From the IMG/VR virus record IMGVR_UViG_2529292920_000008: DNA of 18,300 nt; one strand, given 5' to 3'. Origin of the DNA: a virus (Duplodnaviria > Heunggongvirae > Uroviricota > Caudoviricetes). Under the pieces are notes generated by a model, which saw only the letters and a program-made list of their open reading frames with translations, was not told the origin of the DNA and searched no databases. The first letter of the stretch is position 1, and each line of letters opens with the position of its first letter. Made by a program: the position numbers and the translations under genes. Shown here one piece after another: positions 1 through 6,933 of this stretch.

Positions 1-162
1 GAACCAACCATGCATAATGCTCTGTCTGATGAAAGCTATATATTGAAGTGCGAATATTTTGATCCCATCTTCTTCAACTGTCGCCTGGAATCTCCAGAAA
101 ACAGGCATTCCATCATGTTCAGTTTCTGATTCAGGAAAAGGTACGCTCCATGATTTTGTCAT
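1..162 (-). CDS. hypothetical protein, N-terminal part only (gene runs off the window start); first gene downstream of N in the leftward early operon
   Basis: Minus-strand open frame from ATG at 162 with GAGGTGAG Shine-Dalgarno about 6 nt upstream and no stop to the window edge (MTKSWSVPFPESETEHDG...). Too short for the ORF track. No family recognised. Confidence 0.3.
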   Translation of the reverse strand, partial: MTKSWSVPFPESETEHDGMPVFWRFQATVEEDGIKIFALQYIAFIRQSIMHGWF

Positions 163-220
163 ATCTCACCTCAAATAAGTGGTTTGCTGCCTAATTTCAT
201 TTTCTGGCGACCAACACAAG

Positions 221-493
221 TCATCTTGCTGTCAGTTGTTTGGATTTCCGGTAGCCTGCCGCGTAAAGAGCTACGTTCGGAAGACAAGTTGAGCCTTCAT
301 ATTTTCTGGTCAACGTTGTCAGTGTTATTACTTCTGCTCTCATTGCTGGTTTGCGCTTGCATTGCAAGACCACTCGAGAGGGGGTTGGTCTGTGTAGCTT
401 GTCGGAGCTAATCGCCTCCTGACTTTGCAGGTTTGCGCGACGAGCTCTACGACGAGAAGCTGAGGTGCCTTTAAATTCTGTTTTTCTGGACAT
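221..493 (-). CDS. N: N-type transcription antitermination protein (P22 gene 24-like C-terminus)
   Basis: 90-aa product starting MSRKTEFKGTSASRRRARRANLQ (arginine-rich motif near the N-terminus) and ending ...VALYAAGYRKSKQLTAR, which matches the C-terminus of P22 N as I recall it. GGGAGG Shine-Dalgarno before ATG 493. Sits leftward of the immunity region with a nut-like site upstream. The ORF-track start at 577 is an upstream extension. Confidence 0.7.
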   Translation of the reverse strand: MSRKTEFKGTSASRRRARRANLQSQEAISSDKLHRPTPSRVVLQCKRKPAMRAEVITLTTLTRKYEGSTCLPNVALYAAGYRKSKQLTAR

Positions 494-591
494 AGATTCC
501 TCCCGAATAAACTTTGGTGATGCAATCTCGAAGCTCCTCCTGAGACGGTTGCTTCGGCATTGCATCCCACAGCTCATGTGGTTGGGTGATC

Positions 592-638
592 TGGCTTTTC
601 AGCCACGTAGTCGAGAGTTCGACGTTGTTTAAAGAGCC
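592..638 (-). promoter_or_regulatory. nutL candidate: boxA-like GCTCTTTAAACAA, small hairpin, boxB-like hairpin with GAAA loop
   Basis: On the leftward transcript: GGCUCUUUAAACAA (plus 625-638), hairpin GUCGA-ACUC-UCGAC (plus 610-623), then UGGCU-GAAA-AGCCA (plus 592-605). The same three-part layout recurs downstream of cro. Confidence 0.55.
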
Positions 639-659
639 TGCCAGTCTGTTCCGTTTGGC

Positions 660-892
660 TTCCAGCGTCCTGCTGACGGTTAAATAGTACGATATGTACT
701 TTATTGGGTTAATACTATTTGTTCTAAAATAGGGTGATTTTTTATAACACTTTGTATTTAATAGTGTTGTTTTTTAGCGTGGGTGTATCGCCTCGGCGAT
801 GTAAGGAGAGATCAGAATTGCGTGGTTTAGTGAGTTGTATCTATTTATTTTTCAATAAATACATTTGGTTATGTGTCTTTAGGTGGGGGCGT
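660..892. promoter_or_regulatory. oL/pL candidate region (left operators and leftward early promoter)
   Basis: AT-rich intergenic DNA between the terminator after the DinD-like gene and nutL. Contains near-palindromes AGTACGATATGTACT (680-694) and AACACT-N11-AGTGTT (749-771) that share a TAC-N5-GTA core with the cI/cro intergenic region. Exact operators and -10/-35 not resolved. Confidence 0.35.
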
Positions 893-923
893 GAGGCAAA
901 GAAAACCCGGCGCTGAGGCCGGG
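893..923 (-). terminator. intrinsic terminator on the minus strand, 3' of the DinD-like gene
   Basis: 6-bp GC stem CCCGGC/GCCGGG (906-911 with 918-923), 6-nt loop, followed on the minus strand by UUUUCUUUG. Lies 9 nt past the stop codon at 932-934. Confidence 0.6.
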
Positions 924-931
924 GTATGCAT

Positions 932-1774
932 TTATGGTTTTTTTTGGTCGTGCTTTGCTAGGGCTTTATGAGTTTTCTTAATGCTGCTTCTAACTTTCTG
1001 AATTTTTTCTTGGGAAAGTTTTATGTTTTCAGGGGCTGTTCCAGTGTTAGAAATCATTACATTGCGAACAGATCTCCCTACGGTCTCAGCAGCATTCTCT
1101 AGTTGAGACTGTCCCTTCAGGTTCTGGTTTCTGATTCTTGCTTCTGTCTGTGTAATTCTGAATATATTGGCCGCGAGCTCTTCGCTTCCCATGAAGTCAA
1201 GCATCGTTCCATCTTTTTTAGTTAGGCCTTTTCGAGCTTTCAACTGTGAGAGATTCATATTGTACATCCCACGGTAGCCCGCATTTTGAAATAGACCATA
1301 GTCGACTACTCCGTGTTTATGGGCTACATGACTGAGAGTTTTCTCTCTAGATGTAATCTCGCCACGCAAATAAACTCGATTAACTGCGTCATGGTTATGA
1401 TATGTAGTGTGTATTTCTGCTGCGAGCCCAGCAAAATAAGCTTGTGCATTTGCAACTTTTTGATTGCTGATGTCACCATTCATTACAATCAGATAACAAG
1501 CGAAACGAGTTAATTTAAAGTCATTTTTCGCATTTTCTGAAGGCATCTGGATGAAGTTATCGTATACAGGGATATCGAGGCTCACACATACAGATGTAGC
1601 TTTGTTAATGGCTTTCAATATCTGATCCATGCCATTATATCCAAGCATCATCGCTAAATCAGATGCAAACCAATAGGTAACACCGTTTTCTCTAGCGAAA
1701 TCATCAAATGTTAACTGTGATGTGTCATCGAAAACAGTAATTTGCCTACTCATATCACACCCGAACTTACTCAT
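932..1774 (-). CDS. DinD-like (DNA-damage-inducible protein D family) / Bro-N-like protein; accessory gene in the rexAB slot of the immunity region
   Basis: 280-aa ORF. N-terminal ...VTYWFASDLAMMLGYNG... resembles the Bro-N/KilA-N DNA-binding motif. I recall overall resemblance to DinD-family proteins, but this is memory, not alignment. AT-rich compared with neighbours. Same strand as cI, 80 nt downstream of it, with its own terminator. Confidence 0.6.
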   Translation of the reverse strand: MSKFGCDMSRQITVFDDTSQLTFDDFARENGVTYWFASDLAMMLGYNGMDQILKAINKATSVCVSLDIPVYDNFIQMPSENAKNDFKLTRFACYLIVMNGDISNQKVANAQAYFAGLAAEIHTTYHNHDAVNRVYLRGEITSREKTLSHVAHKHGVVDYGLFQNAGYRGMYNMNLSQLKARKGLTKKDGTMLDFMGSEELAANIFRITQTEARIRNQNLKGQSQLENAAETVGRSVRNVMISNTGTAPENIKLSQEKIQKVRSSIKKTHKALAKHDQKKP

Positions 1775-1854
1775 CGATTTTCCCTTATATTAATATAATG
1801 TGGATAGTTTGTCGCCAACTCGCTAAAGTTATTCATTATGAGGTTTGCCATCCA

Positions 1855-2514
1855 TCACCCAAACGTCTCTTCAGGCCACTGACTAGCGATAACTTTCCCC
1901 ACAACGGAACAACTCTCATTGCATGGGATCATTGGGTATTGTGGATTTAGTGGCTGTAGAAACACCTGACCGCTATCCCTGATCAGTTTCTTGAAGGTAA
2001 ATTCATCACCACCAAGTCTGGCTATGCAGAAATCGCCGGGCTCAACAGCTTGCTCTGGGTCAACCAGAATTAACATCCCGTCAGGAAAACTAGGTTTGGA
2101 ACCTGTTGGGGCGGTCATTGAGTTACCTTCAACCTCAAGCCAGAATGCAGAGTCACTGGCTTTTTTGGTTGTGCTTACCAATCTCTCCGCATCGCCTTTG
2201 GTAAAGGTTCTGAGTTCTGGAGAGAACATCCCAGCCTGAACATGAGAAAAAACAGGGTACTCATATTGTTTTTTAACTGGGGCCGATGAGTATTCGCCAA
2301 CAGGTGAAAATGTCCCGTCGTGGTTGAATGATATGTTATCAATACCAAGGTATTTAAACACCACACCAATATCACTAAGAGATGGATGACGAGATCCGCG
2401 CAACCAGTGTCCAATCCCACCCTGCGTCATACCTAGCTCTTCGGCTAACTTCTCTTGAGTTATGCCGAGCTCTTTCATTCTGGATCTAGCCAGTTCATAC
2501 CATTTCATTTTCAT
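1855..2514 (-). CDS. cI: CI prophage repressor, hybrid: lambda-type C-terminal dimerisation/autocleavage domain with a non-lambda HTH N-terminal domain
   Basis: About 135 C-terminal residues ([26 protein letters not shown]...[12 protein letters not shown]) essentially identical to lambda CI as I recall it. N-terminal [37 protein letters not shown] is an XRE-type HTH unlike lambda. Start taken at ATG 2514 (the ORF-track start at 2676 is an upstream extension); diverges from cro. Confidence 0.9.
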   Translation of the reverse strand: MKMKWYELARSRMKELGITQEKLAEELGMTQGGIGHWLRGSRHPSLSDIGVVFKYLGIDNISFNHDGTFSPVGEYSSAPVKKQYEYPVFSHVQAGMFSPELRTFTKGDAERLVSTTKKASDSAFWLEVEGNSMTAPTGSKPSFPDGMLILVDPEQAVEPGDFCIARLGGDEFTFKKLIRDSGQVFLQPLNPQYPMIPCNESCSVVGKVIASQWPEETFG

Positions 2515-2624
2515 GTCCTTATTATTACGCTCTGTATTGCAACCATCCATGCACAATGTGTATTTTTGCTTGCATTCAAAAAGTACATATTGTATTTTTT
2601 CTTCATGGTTACTATGGAGGGCAT
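2515..2624. promoter_or_regulatory. oR/pRM/pR candidate region between divergent cI and cro
   Basis: 110-bp AT-rich spacer between divergent repressor genes. Repeated TGTATT motifs and near-palindrome TACATATTGTA (2583-2593). Possible pR: TTGCAT (2570-2575), 17 bp, TATTTT. Operator boundaries not resolved. Confidence 0.5.
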
Positions 2625-2840
2625 ATGAGCAACCTACGAAAATATCGAGAGTCACTGAATATCTCTCAAACAACACTTGCTAAGGCAGTTGGATGCACAC
2701 AGGGAGCTATCGGACATTGGGAATCTGGTCGTCGCTTCCCAGACCTTAAAACATGCCGTGCTCTTGTTGCGTGTCTAAACAAGTTAGGCGCAAAAGTAAG
2801 TCTTGATGACGTGTTCCCGCCGGAGCACAAAGCCGCTTAA
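2625..2840 (+). CDS. cro: Cro-like repressor (XRE-family HTH)
   Basis: 71 aa from ATG 2625 with GGAGGG Shine-Dalgarno. HTH segment [21 protein letters not shown]. Divergent from cI across the operator region. Confidence 0.8.
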   Translation: MSNLRKYRESLNISQTTLAKAVGCTQGAIGHWESGRRFPDLKTCRALVACLNKLGAKVSLDDVFPPEHKAA

Positions 2841-2850
2841 TAAGCGGAGC

Positions 2851-2896
2851 CGCTCTTTGTAACAACGGACATTCGTCCTACGTCGCTGAAAAGCGA
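2851..2896 (+). promoter_or_regulatory. nutR candidate: boxA CGCTCTTTGTAACAA, small hairpin, boxB-like hairpin with GAAA loop
   Basis: CGCTCTTT at 2851-2858, hairpin GGAC-ATTC-GTCC at 2867-2878, hairpin TCGCT-GAAA-AGCGA at 2883-2896. Same layout as the nutL candidate. Confidence 0.55.
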
Positions 2897-2981
2897 GCCC
2901 CAAGATATCTGACCAACTAAGGCCATATGCGTTTCCACGCATACCTTTCAACTAACTATTCACTATTGGAAATCTTAAGAA

Positions 2982-3278
2982 ATGGAACAAACAAGTTACA
3001 GCAAACTATCACAGCGTGACGTTGATCGCGCAGAAACAGATTTACTCATCAACCTGTCAACGCTTACCCAGCGTGGTCTGGCAAAGATGATTGGCTGTCA
3101 TGAATCGAAGATAAGCAGAACGGACTGGCGGTTTATTGCTTCGGTCTTGTGTGCTTTCGGAATGGCATCAGACATCAGTCCAATTAGCAGGGCTTTTAAG
3201 TATGCGCTTGATGGAATCACAAAGAAAAAACGCCCGGCGGCAACCGAGCGTTCTGAACAAATCCAGATGGAGTTCTGA
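2982..3278 (+). CDS. cII: CII transcriptional activator (lambda-type C-terminus)
   Basis: 98 aa; C-terminal KKRPAATERSEQIQMEF identical to lambda CII as recalled; N-terminal part diverged. Sits between cro and O. Confidence 0.85.
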   Translation: MEQTSYSKLSQRDVDRAETDLLINLSTLTQRGLAKMIGCHESKISRTDWRFIASVLCAFGMASDISPISRAFKYALDGITKKKRPAATERSEQIQMEF

Positions 3279-3310
3279 GGTCATTACTGGATCTATCAAC
3301 AGGAGTCATT

Positions 3311-4210
3311 ATGACAAATACAGCAAAAATACTCAACTTCGGCAGAGGTAACTTTGCCGGACAGGAGCGTAATGTGGCAGATCTCGATGATGGTTACGCC
3401 AGACTATCAAATATGCTGCTTGAGGCTTATTCAGGCGCAGATCTGACCAAGCGACAGTTTAAAGTGCTGCTTGCCATTCTGCGTAAAACCTATGGGTGGA
3501 ATAAACCAATGGACAGAATCACCGATTCTCAACTTAGCGAGATTACAAAGTTACCCGTCAAACGGTGCAATGAAGCCAAGTTAGAACTCGTCAGAATGAA
3601 TATTATCAAGCAGCAAGGCGGCATGTTTGGACCAAATAAAAACATCTCAGAATGGTGTATCCCTCAAAACGAGGGAAAATCCCCTAAAACGAGGGATAAA
3701 ACATCCCTCAAATTGGGGGATTGCTATCCCTCAAAACAGGGGGACACAAAAGACACTATTACAAAAGAAAAAAGAAAAGATTATTCGTCCGAGAATTCTG
3801 GCGAATCCTCTGACCAGCCAGAAAACGATCTTTCTGTGGTTAAACCGGATGCTGCAATTCAGAGCGGCAGCAAGTGGGGAACAGCAGAAGACCTGACCGC
3901 CGCAGAGTGGATGTTTGACATGGTGAAGACCATCGCGCCATCAGCCAGAAAACCGAATTTTGCTGGGTGGGCTAACGATATCCGCCTGATGCGTGAACGT
4001 GACGGACGTAACCACCGCGATATGTGTGTGCTTTTCCGCTGGGCCTGCCAGGACAACTTCTGGTCCGGTAACGTGCTGAGTCCGGCCAAACTCCGCGACA
4101 AGTGGACCCAGCTCGAAATCAACCGTAACAAGCAACAGGCAGGCGTGACAGCCAGCAAACCAAAACTCGACCTGACAAACACTGACTGGATTTACGGGGT
4201 GGATTTATGA
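3311..4210 (+). CDS. O: replication initiator protein O (lambda type)
   Basis: 299 aa, near-identical over its length to lambda O as recalled (MTNTAKILNFGRGNFAGQERNVADLDDGYARL...). Contains the ori iterons internally. Confidence 0.95.
   Translation: MTNTAKILNFGRGNFAGQERNVADLDDGYARLSNMLLEAYSGADLTKRQFKVLLAILRKTYGWNKPMDRITDSQLSEITKLPVKRCNEAKLELVRMNIIKQQGGMFGPNKNISEWCIPQNEGKSPKTRDKTSLKLGDCYPSKQGDTKDTITKEKRKDYSSENSGESSDQPENDLSVVKPDAAIQSGSKWGTAEDLTAAEWMFDMVKTIAPSARKPNFAGWANDIRLMRERDGRNHRDMCVLFRWACQDNFWSGNVLSPAKLRDKWTQLEINRNKQQAGVTASKPKLDLTNTDWIYGVDL
3655..3790. repeat. ori-lambda-type replication origin: four iterons plus AT-rich tract inside gene O
   Basis: Four ~18-20 bp inverted-repeat iterons (ATCCCTCAAAACGAGGGA, AATCCCCTAAAACGAGGGA, ATCCCTCAAATTGGGGGA, ATCCCTCAAAACAGGGGGA) followed by an A-rich tract ACAAAAGAAAAAAGAAAAGATTATT. 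Confidence 0.85.
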
Positions 4211-4908
4211 AAAACATCGCCGCACAGATGGTTAACTTTGACCGTGAGCAGATGCGTCGGATCGCCAACAACATGCCGGAACAGTACGACGAAAAGCCGC
4301 AGGTACAACAGGTAGCGCAGATCATCAACGGTGTGTTCAGCCAGTTACTGGCAACTTTCCCGGCGAGCCTGGCTAACCGTGACCAGAACGAACTGAACGA
4401 AATCCGCCGCCAGTGGGTTCTGGCTTTCCGGGAAAACGGGATCACCACAATGGAACAGGTTAACGCAGGAATGCGCGTAGCCCGTCGGCAGAATCGACCA
4501 TTTCTGCCATCACCCGGGCAGTTTGTTGCATGGTGCCGGGAAGAAGCATCCGTTATCGCCGGACTGCCAAACGTCAGCGAGCTGGTTGATATGGTTTACG
4601 AGTATTGCCGGAAGCGAGGCCTGTATCCGGATGCGGAGTCTTATCCGTGGAAATCAAACGCGCACTACTGGCTGGTTACCAACCTGTATCAGAACATGCG
4701 GGCCAATGCGCTTACTGATGCGGAATTACGCCGTAAGGCCGCAGATGAGCTTGTCCATATGACTGCGAGAATTAACCGTGGTGAGTCGATCCCTGAACCA
4801 GTAAAACAACTTCCTGTCATGGGCGGTAGACCTCTAAATCGTGCACAGGCTCTGGCGAAGATCGCAGAACTCAAAGCTAAGTTCGGACTGAAAGGAGCAA
4901 GTGTATGA
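4207..4908 (+). CDS. P: replication protein P (DnaB helicase loader, lambda type)
   Basis: 233 aa, near-identical to lambda P as recalled. Overlaps the O stop and the ren start (ATGA overlaps). Confidence 0.95.
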   Translation: MKNIAAQMVNFDREQMRRIANNMPEQYDEKPQVQQVAQIINGVFSQLLATFPASLANRDQNELNEIRRQWVLAFRENGITTMEQVNAGMRVARRQNRPFLPSPGQFVAWCREEASVIAGLPNVSELVDMVYEYCRKRGLYPDAESYPWKSNAHYWLVTNLYQNMRANALTDAELRRKAADELVHMTARINRGESIPEPVKQLPVMGGRPLNRAQALAKIAELKAKFGLKGASV

Positions 4909-5195
4909 CGGGCAAAGAGGCAATTATTCATTACCTGGGGACGCATAATAGCTTCTGTGCGCCGGACGTTGCCGCGCTAACAGGCGCAACAGTAACCAGC
5001 ATAAATCAGGCCGCGGCTAAAATGGCACGGGCAGGTCTTCTGGTTATCGAAGGTAAGGTCTGGCGAACGGTGTATTACCGGTTTGCTACCAAGGAAGAAC
5101 GGGAAGGAAAGATGAGCACGAACCTAATTTTTAAGGAGTGTCGCCAGAGTGCCGCGATGAAACGGGTATTGGCGGTATATGGAGTTAAAAGATGA
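4905..5195 (+). CDS. ren: Ren protein (lambda type)
   Basis: 96 aa, near-identical to lambda Ren as recalled (MTGKEAIIHYLGTHNSFCAPDVAALTG...). Immediately follows P. Confidence 0.9.
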   Translation: MTGKEAIIHYLGTHNSFCAPDVAALTGATVTSINQAAAKMARAGLLVIEGKVWRTVYYRFATKEEREGKMSTNLIFKECRQSAAMKRVLAVYGVKR

Positions 5196-5220
5196 CCATC
5201 TACATCACTGAGCTAATAAC

Positions 5221-5253
5221 AGGCCTGCTGGTAATCGCAGGCCTTTTTATTTG
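5221..5253 (+). terminator. intrinsic terminator (tR2-like) downstream of ren
   Basis: Perfect 8-bp stem AGGCCTGC/GCAGGCCT with 8-nt loop, followed by TTTTTATTTG. Confidence 0.7.
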
Positions 5254-5267
5254 GGGGAGAGTAAATC

Positions 5268-5594
5268 GTGGCTGACTGGCAAATACCAATCATCATTCTT
5301 GCCGGAGCTTCGCTGGTTGCTGGCTTTATCCTGCTGAAGAAGCATAAAGACCGTGATCAAAAAGTCGAAGTTCTCTATGGGTATCCGGCGAACAGCACAA
5401 CATGGCTGACTATTTACCACTACCGAAAATCAGGCCGTTGGGTATTCGAATGGGATGATCTGTTTGCTGAAAAGCGACCAAAGTCATGGGGAGACATCAG
5501 CGAATGCATGATGTTTGAAGAAAGAAAATCCGGCGCAACCCGAGAAGAGTTTAACGAAGCGTGGAGGCGATTAAGTGAGAGGGGGTATCAATGA
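5268..5594 (+). CDS. hypothetical single-pass membrane protein (N-terminal TM helix plus ~85-aa soluble domain)
   Basis: 108-aa ORF from GTG 5268 with GGGGGAGAG Shine-Dalgarno. N-terminal hydrophobic segment IPIIILAGASLVAGFILL followed by a charged KKHKDRDQK stretch. No family recognised. Lies where lambda has the ren-ninB junction. Confidence 0.55.
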   Translation: MADWQIPIIILAGASLVAGFILLKKHKDRDQKVEVLYGYPANSTTWLTIYHYRKSGRWVFEWDDLFAEKRPKSWGDISECMMFEERKSGATREEFNEAWRRLSERGYQ

Positions 5595-5616
5595 GCAGAA
5601 TTAAGTCGAGGTAACA

Positions 5617-6063
5617 ATGAAGCAAATATACATGCTTCGCAACGAAGCAATCAGAAACAACGCCATAGACGCAATACTCTCACTTCCGATCGACGACAAG
5701 TCACCTCACGAAGTCCACATTAAAGAACCCAGGCGGAGCAATCCTCAAAACCGCCTTATGTGGGCGTTATTGCAGGACGTATCACGTCAGGTGCTTTGGC
5801 ATGGAAAGAGACTTGCGCCGGAGGACTGGAAAGATCTGTTCACTGCCCTGTGGCTTAAGACCAAAAAACTGGAGCAACGAAGTGCGCCTGGTATCGACGG
5901 TGGCGTTGTCATGCTTGGCGTGCGTACCAGCAAAATGCGAAAGGCCAGCATGACTGAGCTTATCGAAATCATGTTCTGGTTCGGCTCAGAGCGCAACGTG
6001 CGGTGGAGTGATGACTCCCGGCGAGAGTATGAATGGTCACAACGAAAAGGTAGGGCTGCATGA
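5617..6063 (+). CDS. ninB: NinB-like recombination protein (Orf family)
   Basis: 148 aa with recalled similarity to lambda NinB (NRSxxQNRxxWAxLxDVSRQVxWHG, GxRxSKMR, KWSDD motifs). Confidence 0.8.
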   Translation: MKQIYMLRNEAIRNNAIDAILSLPIDDKSPHEVHIKEPRRSNPQNRLMWALLQDVSRQVLWHGKRLAPEDWKDLFTALWLKTKKLEQRSAPGIDGGVVMLGVRTSKMRKASMTELIEIMFWFGSERNVRWSDDSRREYEWSQRKGRAA

Positions 6064-6587
6064 CTATCAAATCAAATACGCCAGCACACGACAAGGACTG
6101 CTGGCAAACGCCGCTTTGGCTTTTTGATGCACTGGATATTGAGTTTGGATTCTGGCTGGATTCGGCAGCGAGCGACAAAAATGCTCTGTGCGCTCACTGG
6201 CTAACTGAGGCTGACGACGCGCTAAATTCTGAGTGGGTAAGCCACGGTGCAATCTGGAATAACCCACCGTACAGCAATATCAGGCCGTGGGTGGAAAAAG
6301 CCGCTGAGCAGTGTATACAACAACGACAGACGGTAGTGATGCTTGTGCCAGAGGATATGTCAGTCGGATGGTTCAGCAAGGCTCTGGAGAGTGTCGACGA
6401 AGTTCGTATTATCACTGATGGACGGATTAATTTTGTCGAACCATCGACAGGACTGGAGAAGAAGGGAAACAGCAAAGGTTCCATGCTGCTGATTTGGCGA
6501 CCGTTCATCAGTTCTCGACGGATGTTTACTACTGTATCCAAAGCGGCATTGATGGCGATCGGGCAGGGCGTCAGGAGGGCAGCATGA
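6060..6587 (+). CDS. phage DNA N6-adenine methyltransferase (Dam-like, small phage MTase family)
   Basis: 175 aa with DCWQTP...[11 protein letters not shown]...LDSAAS near the N-terminus, catalytic NPPY motif ([10 protein letters not shown]), and [13 protein letters not shown] near the C-terminus. ATGA overlaps with ninB and ninE. Confidence 0.8.
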   Translation: MTIKSNTPAHDKDCWQTPLWLFDALDIEFGFWLDSAASDKNALCAHWLTEADDALNSEWVSHGAIWNNPPYSNIRPWVEKAAEQCIQQRQTVVMLVPEDMSVGWFSKALESVDEVRIITDGRINFVEPSTGLEKKGNSKGSMLLIWRPFISSRRMFTTVSKAALMAIGQGVRRAA

Positions 6588-6766
6588 GACGACAGCGACG
6601 AAGTTTCACCGACATCATCTGCGAAAACTGCAAATACCTTCCAACGAAACGCTACAGAAATAAACGCAAGCCAATCCCAAAAGAATCTGACGTAAAAACC
6701 TTCAACTACACGGCTCACCTGTGGGATATCCGGTGGCTAAGACATTGTGCGAGGAAAACAAGGTGA
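6584..6766 (+). CDS. ninE: NinE-like protein
   Basis: 60 aa [60 protein letters not shown], near-identical to lambda NinE as recalled. AGGAGGG Shine-Dalgarno before ATG 6584. Confidence 0.85.
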   Translation: MRRQRRSFTDIICENCKYLPTKRYRNKRKPIPKESDVKTFNYTAHLWDIRWLRHCARKTR

Positions 6767-6933
6767 TTGACCAAAATCGAAGTTACGAACAAGAAAGCGT
6801 CGAGCGAGCTTTAACGTGCGCTAACTGCGGTCAGAAGCTGCATGTGCTGGAAGTTCACGTGTGTGAGCACTGTTGCGCAGAACTTATGAGCGATCCGAAT
6901 AGCTCAATGTACGAGGAAGAAGACGATGAATGA
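6763..6933 (+). CDS. ninF: NinF-like protein (Cys-rich)
   Basis: [56 protein letters not shown], near-identical to lambda NinF as recalled. Start assigned to GTG 6763 overlapping the ninE stop; start uncertain. Confidence 0.7.
   Translation: MIDQNRSYEQESVERALTCANCGQKLHVLEVHVCEHCCAELMSDPNSSMYEEEDDE

Noticed and set aside
184-577. ORF-track frames 184-411 (+), 340-570 (-) and the 118-aa extension of the 221-577 (-) frame
   Set aside because: All overlap the N gene. The N reading from ATG 493 has a Shine-Dalgarno, an arginine-rich motif and a conserved C-terminus. The other frames have no start context or recognisable features.
734-916. 60-aa plus-strand ORF in the pL/oL intergenic region
   Set aside because: It lies in AT-rich regulatory DNA between the terminator and nutL, has no ribosome-binding site, and runs through the terminator hairpin. 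More likely a chance frame.
1313-2420. Antisense and alternative-frame ORFs inside the DinD-like gene and cI (1313-1513, 1991-2239, 2175-2420)
   Set aside because: Embedded in strongly supported genes on the other strand or frame, with no independent start signals.
2462-2683. 73-aa plus-strand ORF spanning the cI start and operator region; also the long upstream extensions of cI (to 2676) and cro (from 2556)
   Set aside because: These frames read through the operator/promoter region. Homology and Shine-Dalgarno placement support the shorter cI (2514) and cro (2625) starts.
2833-2942. Palindrome CCGCTTAATAAGCGG across the cro stop codon, and hairpin TATGCGTTTCCACGCATA (2927-2942), as possible tR1
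   Set aside because: Neither hairpin is followed by a U-tract. Lambda tR1 is Rho-dependent, so intrinsic-terminator criteria may not apply. Left uncalled.
3136-4448. Overlapping ORFs within cII, O and P (3136-3351, 3627-3896, 3859-4182, 3941-4135, 4119-4448) and within P/ren (4523-4762, 4689-4946)
   Set aside because: Alternative frames of genes with near-identity to lambda proteins. The 3627-3896 frame is created by the ori iterons.
5192-5275. 27-aa hydrophobic ORF (MTIYITELITGLLVIAGLFIWGRVNRG) ATGA-coupled to ren
   Set aside because: It coincides with the tR2-like terminator hairpin, whose GC stem would naturally encode Ala/Gly/Leu codons. Probably a by-product of the terminator, though not excluded.
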